From NCBI GenBank assembly GCA_028023455.1, contig JAQFVV010000005.1, positions 12,400,001 through 12,464,000 of the forward strand: 64,000 nt of DNA, given 5' to 3'. This document shows, piece by piece, positions 36,640 to 49,031 of the stretch. This DNA comes from Epiperipatus broadwayi. Lineage: Eukaryota > Animalia > Onychophora. Made by a program: the position numbers and the translations under genes. Within the stretch, counting starts at the first letter, position 1; the number at the start of each line of letters is the position of its first letter. The notes beneath the pieces are model-generated. The model did no database searches, was not told the origin of the DNA, and saw nothing but the letters and a program-made list of their open reading frames with translations.

Positions 36640-39417
36640 CCATGGAAGCCTTATTAGACTTTGGCAGCCAGATATGTCAGATCAGAAGTGTACACTAAAA
36701 TTGTGTCAGTGAACTGTAAAGATATTACCTTTGAAAGCAGTAGAAGTAACCCTGTCTAATAATTGTAAAGCCAAGTTGGTGACCAAACAGATTTGGGTAC
36801 AACTTGAGCTCAATATAAAACTTGTTATGCATCATGTTTTTTTAATTTTAAAAGGACTGATCCATGATAAAATAATGGGATTAGACTTAATGCATAAATC
36901 CAAATGTGTATTGGATTGTGGAAGGGATTTTGTACTATGTGGTGGGGAAACTATTTACCTTGTGTCCAAAAACTTGTACACCTTTATGACGTTTGAATGG
37001 ATTGACAAATCCAAACTAATTAAAAATAAAATGGGTGAACAGTTGCAATCTATTTTGACCAGTGTCACATCAGTATAAAGTGGAAGTAGAAAAACAACTG
37101 AAATATATGTTGGAATGAAGTATTATATCTAAATGCTCATCTCTATATAGTAATCCTATTGTAGTAGGATCAGTGAGAATATGTTTAGAAGTATGTCAAC
37201 TAAATATAGTAACAGTATCTGATTGTAATAATCCACCCATCCATGAGTTGTTGACACAATCCAAAAGTAAGAATTTTTTTTCCATCTTTGACTTAACATC
37301 CAATTATTGACAAATTAAACTTCATCTAGAGAATGACCAATGTACTGAATTCAGTTACAAAGGCCTTTTGGTTTAATAGTTCAGGATCACTAAGATGTTT
37401 AGACCAAATCTTATCTCCTGAGATCAAACAGATTATAACAATATATATTGATGTTGTATCAGGGGTATCCAGTGACTTAAATGAACATCTAGAGCACCTG
37501 AGGATGTTTTTTTTCAGGAGTGCAGTTGTAAAGGCATTAAAATTAACTTAAAGAAAAGTATGTTAGCCATTGGTGATGTCAAATTCTTAGCCCATATTAT
37601 TGGTAAACAAAAATTCAACTTCATCAACAAAAAATCCAGTCTATTAATGAGTTTCCAACACCAAGAACAAAAAAGCAAATAGGATCCATTTTAGGAGTAT
37701 CAACTTTTATAACTGCTTTAACCAGGAATTTTCAGAAGACATTGTGATTATTGCCAGTAAAAGGAGGTGCAGTGGAAATGTCTTCTGAGCATGATAAAGC
37801 TTTTGAAATATAAATATTGGGTTTTTGAAGTGGTTAATACTTGCATTCCTGGATTTTAATAAACCCTTTATTGTCCAAAGTGACAGTAGCAGGTATGGAT
37901 TGGGTGTTACTTTCTTCCAAATTCAGAAGAATAGCCAAATTGGAGTTCTCTATTTTATAAACCATTTACTAAAACATCTAAAGATCAATTATACTGTTAT
38001 TGAAAAGGAGGCTTTAGCAATAGTATGAGCATTTCAAAAGTTTTGATAAAATTTTTATTAGGATCTGAAGTGATTGTAGACATAAATAACAAAAATTTAG
38101 AATTTCTGAATCAATTATTTAACTAGTAGCCAGTTAGTTCATTGAAGTCTAATTTTAGAGGAATTCAACTATACCATCAAGTATTGTAAATAAACTGAAA
38201 ATATAAACAGGAAAAACTCTCTAAGCATATTGCATGGTGATCATGTGATGTTTATTATCTGAAAATATAATTGCAGACATTCTAAGAGTTCTGTTTTTAG
38301 ATGAATTCAACTTTACCATCAACTAAGGTAAAAGATCTGAAAACAATTGTTCTAAGATGCCATCCAATTCATGAACACCTCAGTGTAGAGTATAACTTCA
38401 TAGCAAATATGAGCTTAGTAGTAGATAAATGTGGAAGATTTAAAGCAACTAGTTAGCAGACAATAGTAATATAAACATTTCTAACAAATTATTAGAATGT
38501 TAGTGAGATTCATGTTTTGCCAATTAATCACTATAAATTAGAAAATGATGTTTTAAAGCATAGGGATGGAAAAAAGGGGGGAAGCAATGATTCCATCTGT
38601 AATGTACAGTCCTTTCATTCAATACATCCATTATCTATATGGTCATTATGGAGTGCACAAAGCATTTGATCAAAAATGGTTTTACTGGCCACATATTGTG
38701 ATGTATGCCAGAGAACAAGATCAGCCAACAGAATTCACATGGGTCCTTTACAACTAATTATATTCATAAAACCCTAAAGAAATGGTGCTCATTGAGTTGT
38801 GTGGACCATTGCTACCATTTAGATGAAATATTTGTTCTCAAAACTTGTATCATATCATCCTATGCCACAAGTAGGGAAGCTTATATCTGACCATTATATT
38901 CCATTTGTATCTAAGGAATGGAATAAATGGATAATAAGCATGTTTTAACTTCAGTTAGAAATCCTCAATCAACCCATGTGAGCATGTTATGGGTAAATTA
39001 AATCATATATTTAAAACCTACTTAAATTCCAATCATTGAGGTTGGCTAAAACAGGTACAGCAGGTAGTTAATTATATAAATTGGTCCACGAATGAGTCTA
39101 ATGGGTTTGCACCTATGAACCTGCATTTTGGCAGACATGGTCCTAAGCTGTATAAAACAAACCTTCCAATGATTCAAAAGGAGACCACAGATATAGAATT
39201 AGATTGTGTTAAAGCCCATCAAAGATTAATACAGTCAGTTAAGAAGAGAGACAAAAAAGCAGAGTTCCATGCAAAATTTTCCAATGTTAGTAATCCTGTG
39301 AAATTTACATACAAAAAATTTCTAAACCTGTATGATAGTCTTTACACTATTGTTGGACAACAAGTTAACAATGCTTTTTGTATTACAACTCATAATGGTA
39401 TAAAAGGGATCATATAA
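36640..39417 (+). pseudogene. Gypsy pol remnant (PR-RT-RH-IN)
   Basis: ALLDFGSQ (protease), FSIFDLTS.Y.QI and IYIDVV (RT), DFNKPFIVQSDSSRYGLG...EKEALAIV (RNase H), H..YGHYG...FYWP (integrase Zn-binding). Confidence 0.88.
38207..38258. mobile_element. 52-bp family A micro-insert without ribozyme
   Basis: ACAGGAAAAACTCTCTA (antisense) plus ATGGTGATCATGTGATGTTTATT (sense tail), between a perfect 12-bp TSD CTGAAAATATAA (38195-38206 / 38259-38270). Confidence 0.9.
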
Positions 39418-41585
39418 TGCTTGAATAATAAAGCAATTCAAGGCTGTGTTGATTTGAAAGATTCATGTAAGTCATGAGTGATTTATTGTAGTTGATGCAT
39501 ATGCTAGGTTGGAGGAGCTACACCTTTTGTTTTTAAGGAAATGATCCCTTCATTTATTATAGATGATTATTCATTTAAAGGTATTAAGATTCTATTTGTA
39601 TATTCCAGTCAATGATTTGGTCTATTCTTTATTAGTTATCATATGGAAGTTATAAGGCTACACTTTTGGAATTATCACAGTGCAAGTGTGAAAGTTGATT
39701 ATATCCCCTAGTTTCTAGGGTATAATGATTTTATCTGTATATCATGATTAGTGTCTTGGTCTATTTTTTATTATTGTTACTAAATATATGGAAGTTATAA
39801 GGCTCTACTTGTGGCATAATACCAGTGTGTGAGGATTGAAGATATACCCTAACTTCTAGTATATTCATGTTTATGTGTTACATTGTTATATCTTAGGTTT
39901 GGTATCTGTCAGATGGCTCAAATGAATTTATTATTATGTGAATATGCATATCGTTACACAATATGGACTGAGGTCAGGCAATAGCAAAAATTCAATGGTG
40001 CAACATTTGATAATAAAAATTTCCATGTTCAATTTATTTGTTAAATCTAAAAGAAGTTGTGAATATGATAAAAAAAAAAAAGTACCACTGGAATAAAATG
40101 TAGAAAGAATGAAATGAGAAATAATGTTTTTATGGTCTCATTTTTGTAAATGGGGGTGTATATTACGGTCACCCAGCATACATGCCTGATATAGCAAGCA
40201 TGTATTGAATTGTTAAAATTTATTTAAAATTCTTGTATGTGTGTGCATGGGTGAGACATATAAAAGCATCTTACTTGAAATGAATAAAAACAAATGATGA
40301 AAACTTGTGACATTTATTAAAATGAATTTTAATAACTTAAAATCTATGTAAGATGACTTGAATTAAGTAAAATAAATTGAAATAATTATTATTATTATTA
40401 TTTTATTTTAAAAAAGTGAATTTGACCAGATTTACTGCTAACAAAAATGAATCTACAAACAGTAATTAAAAAATGCCTCCAATTTATTATTACCATTTAA
40501 TTACTGATATATTGTATACTTGTAATTAAAAAAATGTAAAATAATTAATAAGGGAGAGAATAAAATATCATTTTTTTGTCATTAATTAATCTGGACTAGA
40601 GTTTAGCTTTGATTCTTGGAAAAGCATAGGAGAAACTTTTTAAACTAACATGGAGGAAAAATATATCACTGTTTTTACAATTATGCTGCTTTAAGATATA
40701 GAATAATAATCGCTCTTTCCAGAAACAGAGGTTGCTTTATGGTATCAAAAGATTAGGTATTGATATAGCCAGAGCATATGCAATGCTAATTACTAAAGTG
40801 TGCTAACTCACCATAAATTATGTAAATTTATTTTGGAAATGTCCTGAGTTCAAACTTCAATGCCTAACCAAGGATTAATTAAAAATGCTGATGGAAAATG
40901 TTTGCCTCTATTTCATCATGAAAATCATTTAAAAGAAAATCACTTGAAAGAAAAATATCACAATTGTCATGCCATTCTGGTCAGTAATGGAAGTACTAAA
41001 AATAAAAATACCATGATAAGAATATTTATTTTGAAACTTTACAAAAAAAAAAAAACAATATATTGGAAAGGCCTTAAGTCAGCACAATCTGGTTTTTTTT
41101 ATTAGAATGTATTTTACATGTATTAATTGCTAAGATTATTCAATTTTTTTATATGCTTAGCTAGTGTAAATGCATTCTACAGTAATTATTTTTAACTTTG
41201 TGTGCAAGTGCATATATCTGTGAGATAGTTTTATTTGTAATTATTAATTTTAAATATTCAAGTTGTCAGTGCCATTTTATTTTGCAGCTTGCATTTCAAA
41301 ATGTTCACTTTATCACTTATCAGTTCCATGTTTTTCAAAAGAGAAACATGTATAAAAAATGTTTAACCACTGAGCAAAATGCTGGAATGTTCTGTGAATT
41401 GAGGGATCATGGTATTTGAAATTGATTCATTTAGCATAATACCTTAACAAAAGAATAAAATGCATGTTTTTTTATTTAAATTCAAGGTTATTTTCTCTTA
41501 GTGTGTTGAAATCGCTTGAGGGTGTAATTTTTATACAAATGCACAGAAATATGTCATTTAAGTGGCCGCGCACTATATAACATTC

Positions 41586-41884
41586 TAAATGCTTGAAAAC
41601 AGAAAGGGCACATATTATAAAGTTATGGAAAAATAAATATGAAAAAAATAATTATACAGAAAGTAGATTATTGGTTTTTATGCTGGGTTTGGAAAAAGAT
41701 AAGGGGGATTTAGATATAAAGGCTGTAGAGTTGACAAAGATTATGTTGTGGAAATGGGATGGAGCAGAATATGGGAAAAATTAGATTGGGGAATGTAAAA
41801 TTAAGTAGCTAACAAGTTTTTCTTGGTATATTTGCTGAGAGATTCTTGACTTCGTTTAAGAAGTAGCTACAGTACATCACATCC
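41586..41884 (+). mobile_element. 5'-truncated 3' fragment of the LINE family at 47440-49031
   Basis: High similarity to 48736-49031, ending in the same CATCACATC tail. Confidence 0.85.
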
Positions 41885-42299
41885 AATGGTTAAGCATAGA
41901 AATAGTCTGTTTACTTGTCTGTGATGCCTATTTCTATGCTACAGCACAGAAATAGGACATTTATTCTGCCACAGAGGACGCCACCACTTACGGTGAACTT
42001 TGTTATGCAATTTATACAAACAATCCCATTTTTAATTTAACTACAGTGTCTATTTCTATGCTATGCTATTTTGTGAGGGTGTCTGTAATTGAGACTGTCA
42101 AAAGTCTTCAAATTTGCATGTCCAAGTCATTATTTTCCAATCCAATGATGTAGTATGAGGCAATAAAAATTGGGCAAACTTTGACCCGCTTCTCTAGATA
42201 AGAGTGTCAAAGGGGAGGTGTAAGCATGATTTTTACGAAATCATGCTAAAATTCACGTTTGTGCAAGATAAATCGCGAGACCAATCGAAAATACCGGCT

Positions 42300-42550
42300 T
42301 TATTTTTGACCATGATGTTATGTGTTTGAATAAATTCTTTCTTTTTATTCTTATTAAAATTACAAATTATATCTGCGTGGCCACGATGTTGTTTTGGGGA
42401 AATCTTTTTATTCTTGTTAAAATTAATAATTTTATTTGTGGCCATGATATTTTGTTTTGGAGAAATTATTTATTTTTCTTCACATTAAAATTTGATTTGT
42501 GTCGCCATGATATTGTTTTTATTCTTGTTAAAATTACAAATTTCATTTTA
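42300..42550. repeat. ~60-bp minisatellite, about 4 copies
   Basis: Repeats of GCCA(C/T)GAT(G/A)TT.TTTT...TTTTATTCTTGTTAAAATTA. Confidence 0.75.
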
Positions 42551-42944
42551 GAAAAATAAAAATTAAGAAAAAAAAGGTTTATCCAATTTATTTTTTATTT
42601 ATTTTAGATAAATTTCATTATTTATAATTTTATTGTAAATCAAAAAACACTATAAAGTTGAAAAAAAAACAACAACAATGGCCCGGTAACATTATAATTC
42701 TGATTGTTTACATAGAAATTACACCCTCAAGTGGTTTCAATACACTAAGAGAAAACAAACAAATTGAATTATTATTGAGTGGTAGAACTATTTCAAATCA
42801 CTAGTGTTAATTTTGGGGAGGTGATTGGAAAATATAACCTATTTAGATTCAATCATCTCCATTTTCTACTTTAAATATGACTCTATGAAATTTACATTAA
42901 TTAGTCATATTTAAACATTGTCTCTCAAGATTATCAGTACAATA

Positions 42945-45900
42945 TATATTCAGATTCTAATGGTAAAACTATCAAAATGATGAAAATGAAAGTACTCTGT
43001 GTTTTAAATGGAAAAAAGATTAAAAATAATGAAATTGATGAATCACTATGGCACATCAAAAAGGAACCAAATTTTAGGTCTATTCAGTGAATACAAACAT
43101 GATAGTCATTGAAATATATACATAATAAAAATTTTCTTTGATTGTTAATAGAAAAATAAGTTAATACGTTTATAAATGAATTGGGGGGACATGAATAAAA
43201 TACATATATTATTACCAAAAATATGACATCTTCTACTATCTAGATACAATGTCAGCTATTGTGATGCATAAAAATATGCCCAAAGAATTAAATAATATTA
43301 GTACAGCATATATATATATATATTGTAACGATACATAAATATGTCGTTACATTAATTTAAAATAAAAACTTACAAGTTCGCAAATAAGAGTAAAAAACTA
43401 AACGCTAAAATTAAAAATGTTTGTTATACGTATATACATTCGCACAGATGCTAAACTTTAAAAGTATTTTTTTCATAAACAAAAAAAAAAAGTATCTGAA
43501 CGTATTTTTTTTAATAAAAAAATGCCAGATTGAAATATAAAAATATTTTAATAAAAAAATAACGTAAGTTAAAGTAAAAACAGGTATTAATTAATTCCTG
43601 TAATCTGTAAATGGAAATGATTGTTTATTAATTATCTAAAAGCTGTGTAATTAAAAAGTCAGATGAAAAGTTAGATAAGAGAAGAAAGAAATTTTAGCTT
43701 GACCAATGGAAGCACTAAGCCTTGGCTCGGACCCTAATGAAAGTGATAGACTAGTGACGTTTTGTTCATTGAATCCTTGTGGATAATATAAAAAGGGAAA
43801 TACAGTTTTTTTCTGACAGTTCCAGCGTTGTGTGTTTGAGAGATGTGGTATGACGCACATACCACACTCTCTATAAAAAAAAAAAATGAAAAGACTGTGA
43901 TACCTTGAACCAGCTATTGCCATCTCCAGAACATTACCTTCCAATGGAGGCATCGCGGGAATTGAAAGCAGAGGCCTGGACTCTTCTACCATAAGCTATA
44001 TGAAATGAACAATTGTTAAAATCAATTAAGAACTTTCGTCAAGTTTTACAAATTGATAAACAAGCCAACTGAAATGTTAAAACGGACTCTTATCTGACTT
44101 TTGTAAGTTTTTAAATCAAATTAATAATGTTTAATTTTATATGTTTTCCGATTGATAAACATCATTTCCATTTTTTTTTCTTATTGTAAAGATTATTTAA
44201 ATGTATGAAATTTAAGTGGTTTATAGACGCTTGCATGGATTCGTTTGCGATTAATTATATTTTGGTTTTCATATTTGATCAAAATATATAGACATTCGAT
44301 AAATAATGATACCTTACTTGACTATCTAAATAATAAATTTATTCGGATGTCTTTTAAGTTATTGGTGACAACGCAAGTATCTTATGGTGAATACTATTGG
44401 GTTACTTATAAGTTTCCCTCTGCGATTGTCGGTATCAATAATTTTGTATTTTGATCGTTTATGTTTATTTTGAAATGTTTTTGACTGTGGAATCTATGTA
44501 ATCGATCTATACCCAACATTTTTAAACAAATCTGTGCGAACGTATTTAAATGTTAAAATTAAGTCGGGCGTGAATGGCTATATAGTTTTGTAAAGTTGTA
44601 TTAAGGGAGGGTAATCTTAGGTTATTCATTTCGTAGTTGAATTGGTTCAATGGATTGGATATATTTGTGTAATTAGTAGATGTAGTATGAGGTCCGCTAC
44701 GGGCAGGATTATAGATATATGCCACACACCCTCTGTTTGCCTATGGATGGGTTTGTAAGTCGGCAGAAGACCGCAGTCCATTCCTATGGAGTTTTTTGTT
44801 TATTGTTCTACTTGCCAACAGATGTCACATTCCTGTTGGTGGAGAGTCAATGTCTTCTCTATTTCTACTTATTGTTCAGATGTACATTCCTGACAATATA
44901 GTATTTTGTGTTGTCGTATCATGCTACATTGAATACATGAATGTATCAGATGGATTGGCGCCAATTTGGTTGCGAAATTTGTTGCCTAAGGTTAAATCAG
45001 GGAAGAATATTTTCTTTTCAAATGCAGATCTATGTAGTCTATTCATACTTGACTATCTAAATAATAATTAAACTCATTGAAACTTAGTTAAATGTAAAAT
45101 TCAAAGTTAATATAAAAATCTAAAATGTTAAACTTATTCCTCAAAATTTAAATATTATTTTATATGTGCGTAAATAAATATTTTTATATGTTAATTTCTG
45201 GCAGTGGCTTTTACTCTTTGATATTTAAGATATAAAATTTATAGATTTTTATCTCTGCGTCTCCGCTGAGCTAGTGACTTGGGCTAACGATCGGAATATT
45301 TAAATAAAGTGGAATCTTAACAGCGCGTATCTGCCTACTCTATAAATTTTTCTAGGCTCAAATGCCTAGATGGCGCCCTTGTAGTGCAGATATTGTTTTT
45401 GCGGTTAGATTCGATCTTCACTTTCATTCCGATTGGTACAATATATATATATATATATTATGATAGCTGTATACTATTAACATGTTCATTCGGTAACAAT
45501 ACCCTGCTTGGTTTGGTGTAATAGTACAGTAGCATTAGCAGGTAGAATATCAAGATCTATGGCTTATGGATCAGTCTATTGTTTCTATTGCTTGAACTTC
45601 TTATGGACTCCAAACATTACATCATGCAATTATTTTTTATTAATTATGTTGTGGTAAATTATTAATAAATTGTGCTTATTTTAATCACGTAAATGAAATT
45701 ATGAATTCTATATGTCAAAACACAAACATCTGTCCTTATTAATTCATAAAAAATTTGAATAAAGAATTTTTTTTATATATTAATCCTAAAAAAAATATTT
45801 TAAAATATAAATTTTAAATGTATTCTTTTTTATTATAGTAAAAAAATGCATTTTTCATTCTTTTGCAAAAGCGTTTAAGGATACTTTTCAAATAATATTT

Positions 45901-46750
45901 AGAAATAAACATTGAATTTTATTTTTATTTGTCAACATCCGTATATAAGTATTTTTAATATTTGCTGCAAAAAAAATTACATTTAGGCAGATCAAAACAC
46001 TTGAAGCAATCTCACTTCAAATTTTTTAAAAAAATGTTGGAAAAGTGCCATTCTTCACAAACACAATAAAAATAAATTTATTTTTGGTTTAGAAAATACT
46101 GTACTTTTTAATGTTTTATAATTCATGTTTGCTATTATTAGTAAAATCTTTAATCTGAGATGGCTAGGTAACTAAATGTGACAAATTATTGGTATTACAT
46201 TAGTAGCTGGAAAACATAACCATGTATTTAAATAATTAAGGTCATATTACTAACTCCAAATATCAGTATTAAAAATATGGAGGAAGTTTCTGTATTTACA
46301 AAAAATAAAAAAAATTGACATCAGTATTCAATATAAAGTAAAAATAATAGTTAAATAATTCAATTTCAACTTTAGTATTTAATAACAAAATATACTATTT
46401 ATAAATTAGTAATTGTACACCATGAAGACAGCATTGGAATTACAAGATAAATATTGGTCTACTGTCAGATCTATAAGTTCACTAACAATTTGGCTTAGGT
46501 TTCAGGTTATTAGCTTGGTAATATAATGAATTCAAAGTGATTGATAGATATTTGTGTTAGGCCGAAAGAACTTTACTGATAATGGTCATAAGCCAGAAAT
46601 TAATATGGGATGTTAATATAATAGTCATTTGTCTAGTGTACCTTGATTATTCAAGTTTTTCTGTAAAAAATTTTTGATTTGTGCTTTGGATTGATAGTAT
46701 TTCATTTTCTTAATAAACCAGTATTTTAAGTGTCTCTATGTATTAAATAT
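42945..46750. repeat. Dispersed direct duplicate, copy 1 (contains the solo LTR at 43324-45440)
   Basis: Colinear with 58905-60780 (TATCAAAATGATGAAAATG..., GATGCATAAAAATATGC, GGTAACA.TACCCTGCTTGGTTTG, GAAGACAGCATTGGAATTA). Confidence 0.85.
43324..45440. mobile_element. Solo LTR-like insert (~2.1 kb) in (TA)n
   Basis: ATAT|TGTAAC ... GGTACA|ATAT. Absent from the paralogous site near 59325. CpG-retaining body. Confidence 0.8.
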
Positions 46751-47439
46751 TAATCACTAGAAATATTTTATATGTATATATCCTATACTTTGTATTTTTT
46801 GGATAATCAATTTATATATATGCAGCTACTTTTACCATATCATTACATTAAACATCAATTTCATTTTTTAAATATATAATTCTATTAAAGTATATGGAGT
46901 AAATCAGTTGTTAATAACATTAAAGTCTTATTACGAAAACTGTATCATCATTTCCATAAATCTATTCATTTTCTATTTTACCATTTATATACATTCTTTT
47001 ATTTATAAAATATCTTCCACTTAAAAAATTTTTATCGCCAAATCTAAGTTAAATTTCCATCTATCTAATTTTACTGAATAGTTTTAGTAAACTTGTCTAC
47101 TAATATTTTTTGAAGAAATGCTCAAGTGCACGAGTACTTTGAATAAATAGTGGAATTCAAACCAGCATGTTATGATAGCCATAGAATATATCATTTTAAT
47201 TTACAGTACTTAATCAAGTCTTTATGTAGAATTTAGCAGGAAGTCAACCATATATTTTAATTACACTTTAAATGTCTTACTTTTCCTTTTCACATTTTTT
47301 TTTTATTTGCTACTGTAATTTATGCGTAATTTAAATATATATAAAAAAATGCAGATTGACTAACAGACAAAAAAAACAAACATCAGATTAACAATGAGCA
47401 TTTAGCTAATAGATATCGCCACATGTTGAATCGATCAAG

Positions 47440-49031
47440 CGTTAAGTGTGGTGAATAGATATAGTTATTTGGGAATTATTTTAAGTAATCATAAAAATTG
47501 TTTGGATGAATGGAAGAAAAAATTGATAAATGAAGCAAAGAAAAGAAAGGGATTGATAAAGAAATTAACAGTGTTTTCATATAATAAATATGATGTAGCT
47601 AGAATTTTTGGTAGGTTGCAGTTTATGGATAGTAAAAGAATAGCTAAAATAGTATTTAATTGGGTTATGAGTAAAGGGCATGTAACAAGATGGGTGAGAA
47701 AGGTAATGCGGTATGCAAAAGATTTGGATAAAGAATTTATATCAGTATATTTGTACAAAAGATGGGCTGATTGTGTTAAGAGGATTATTGGGTGTTATAG
47801 TAGTAAGGATTGGGATAAAAGAATAAGTTTATTAATAAAGACTAGGGAGTTAGAGAGATGGAGAAATAGTATGGAGAGTAAAAAGAGTTTAAATATATAT
47901 AGAAATAAACAGAATATTAGGTGTGAGTTAATATATGGTCAAGGTATAAACATATATAATGTATAATGAATATGTAAATAATAATAATTGTATAAATATA
48001 ACGAATATATAAAAGTAATAATAATTGTATAAATGTAGAATAAAAGTAACAACTGTAATGTATAATAAATATGTAAAATAACTGTATAGTAATTAAGAAT
48101 AACGATTGTGTAAAATTACAATGTTATTAAATCATAGAAAGTTGTATAATAATAAAAAGCCCAGCTGTCCTTATAGGGTCAGAAAACTATGTAAAATACC
48201 ATATACGGTGAGAAACGTAAAAATACTTTGTGTTTGTGAAAACGTATGTGAAAACACCGTATATGGTTAGGAATGTAAAAGACTCCAGAAGTCTTGAGGG
48301 GTATATAAGCCCCCATAAACTAAACTAATTGTTCTTATGTTCTGAATACGTTCTGAGTATATTCTAAGTTTTAATTATGAGTCAGAGACTCCTGCCTCTG
48401 TAAGTCGAAAGCAGGACTAGGGTATTTTATGTAGGTCACCACGACCTTTTATTATTTTATTACGCCTTATAATAGGCGATGTATATAGTTAAAATTATCC
48501 GTATTAAACTATAATCTTACCATCTCAATTCTGCCTTTGTCCATTTATTTACTTGCAGGTCATAAGACACTGCAATATGATAATAGTAAGGAAAGTAGTT
48601 TATTGTTTAAGGCTCGAACAGGATCTTTAGCTACAAAAGAATATACATGTAAATGGAAAAATATGGGTGATTTATTTTGTAAATTATGTAAGGAAGGAAT
48701 AGAAAATATTAGGCATTTGTTAATTGAATGTAAATGTTTGAAAACAGAAAGGGTACATATAATGAAGTTGTGGAAAAATAAATATGAAAAGAGTGATTAT
48801 ACAGAAAGTGAATTATTGATTTTTATGCTGGGTTTGGGAAAAGATAAGGGGGATATAGATATAAAGGTTATAGAGTTGACAAAGATTATGTTGTGAAAAT
48901 GGGATGGAGCAGATTATGATTAAATTTAGAGTGGGGAATGTAAAATAAAGTGGCTAACAGGTTTATCTGGGCATAATCGCTGAGATATTCTTGACTTCGT
49001 TTAAGGAGAAGCCATAATACATCACATCACA
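47440..49031 (+). mobile_element. 3' portion of a non-LTR retrotransposon (RT thumb + CCHC-like knuckle), split by a solo LTR
   Basis: VNRYSYLG..., then ...NIRCELIY joins DNSKESSLLFKARTGSL...CKLCKEGIENIRHLLIEC once 47936-48574 is removed. CATCACATCAC tail. Confidence 0.8.
47936..48574 (+). mobile_element. Solo LTR-like insert (~640 bp)
   Basis: TG...CA inside the LINE TTAATATAT/GAT junction with duplicated AT(A)T. AT-rich tandem U3-like repeats and a TATATAAG box near 48300. Confidence 0.65.

Larger units (their letters stand above)
41479..42770. mobile_element. ~1.3-kb insert bounded by ~60-bp imperfect inverted repeats
   Basis: AATTCAA..TT.TTTTCTCTTAGTGT.TTGAAA.C.CTTGAGGGTGTAA at the left end and its reverse complement at 42715-42770. 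Absent from the 5' LTR. Confidence 0.7.
31209..42941 (+). mobile_element. Near full-length decayed Gypsy/Ty3-type LTR retrotransposon with nested inserts
   Basis: Diverged LTRs at ~31209-32701 and 40157-42941 (the latter interrupted). G-run GGGGG before the TG at 40157. Both LTRs end GTACA and the 3' flank is ATAT. Protease-RT-RNaseH-integrase remnants in Gypsy order. Confidence 0.85.
40157..42941 (+). repeat. 3' LTR of the Gypsy element (interrupted at ~41461-42770)
   Basis: Starts TGTATATTAC after a G-run and ends AGTACA|ATAT. Confidence 0.8.
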
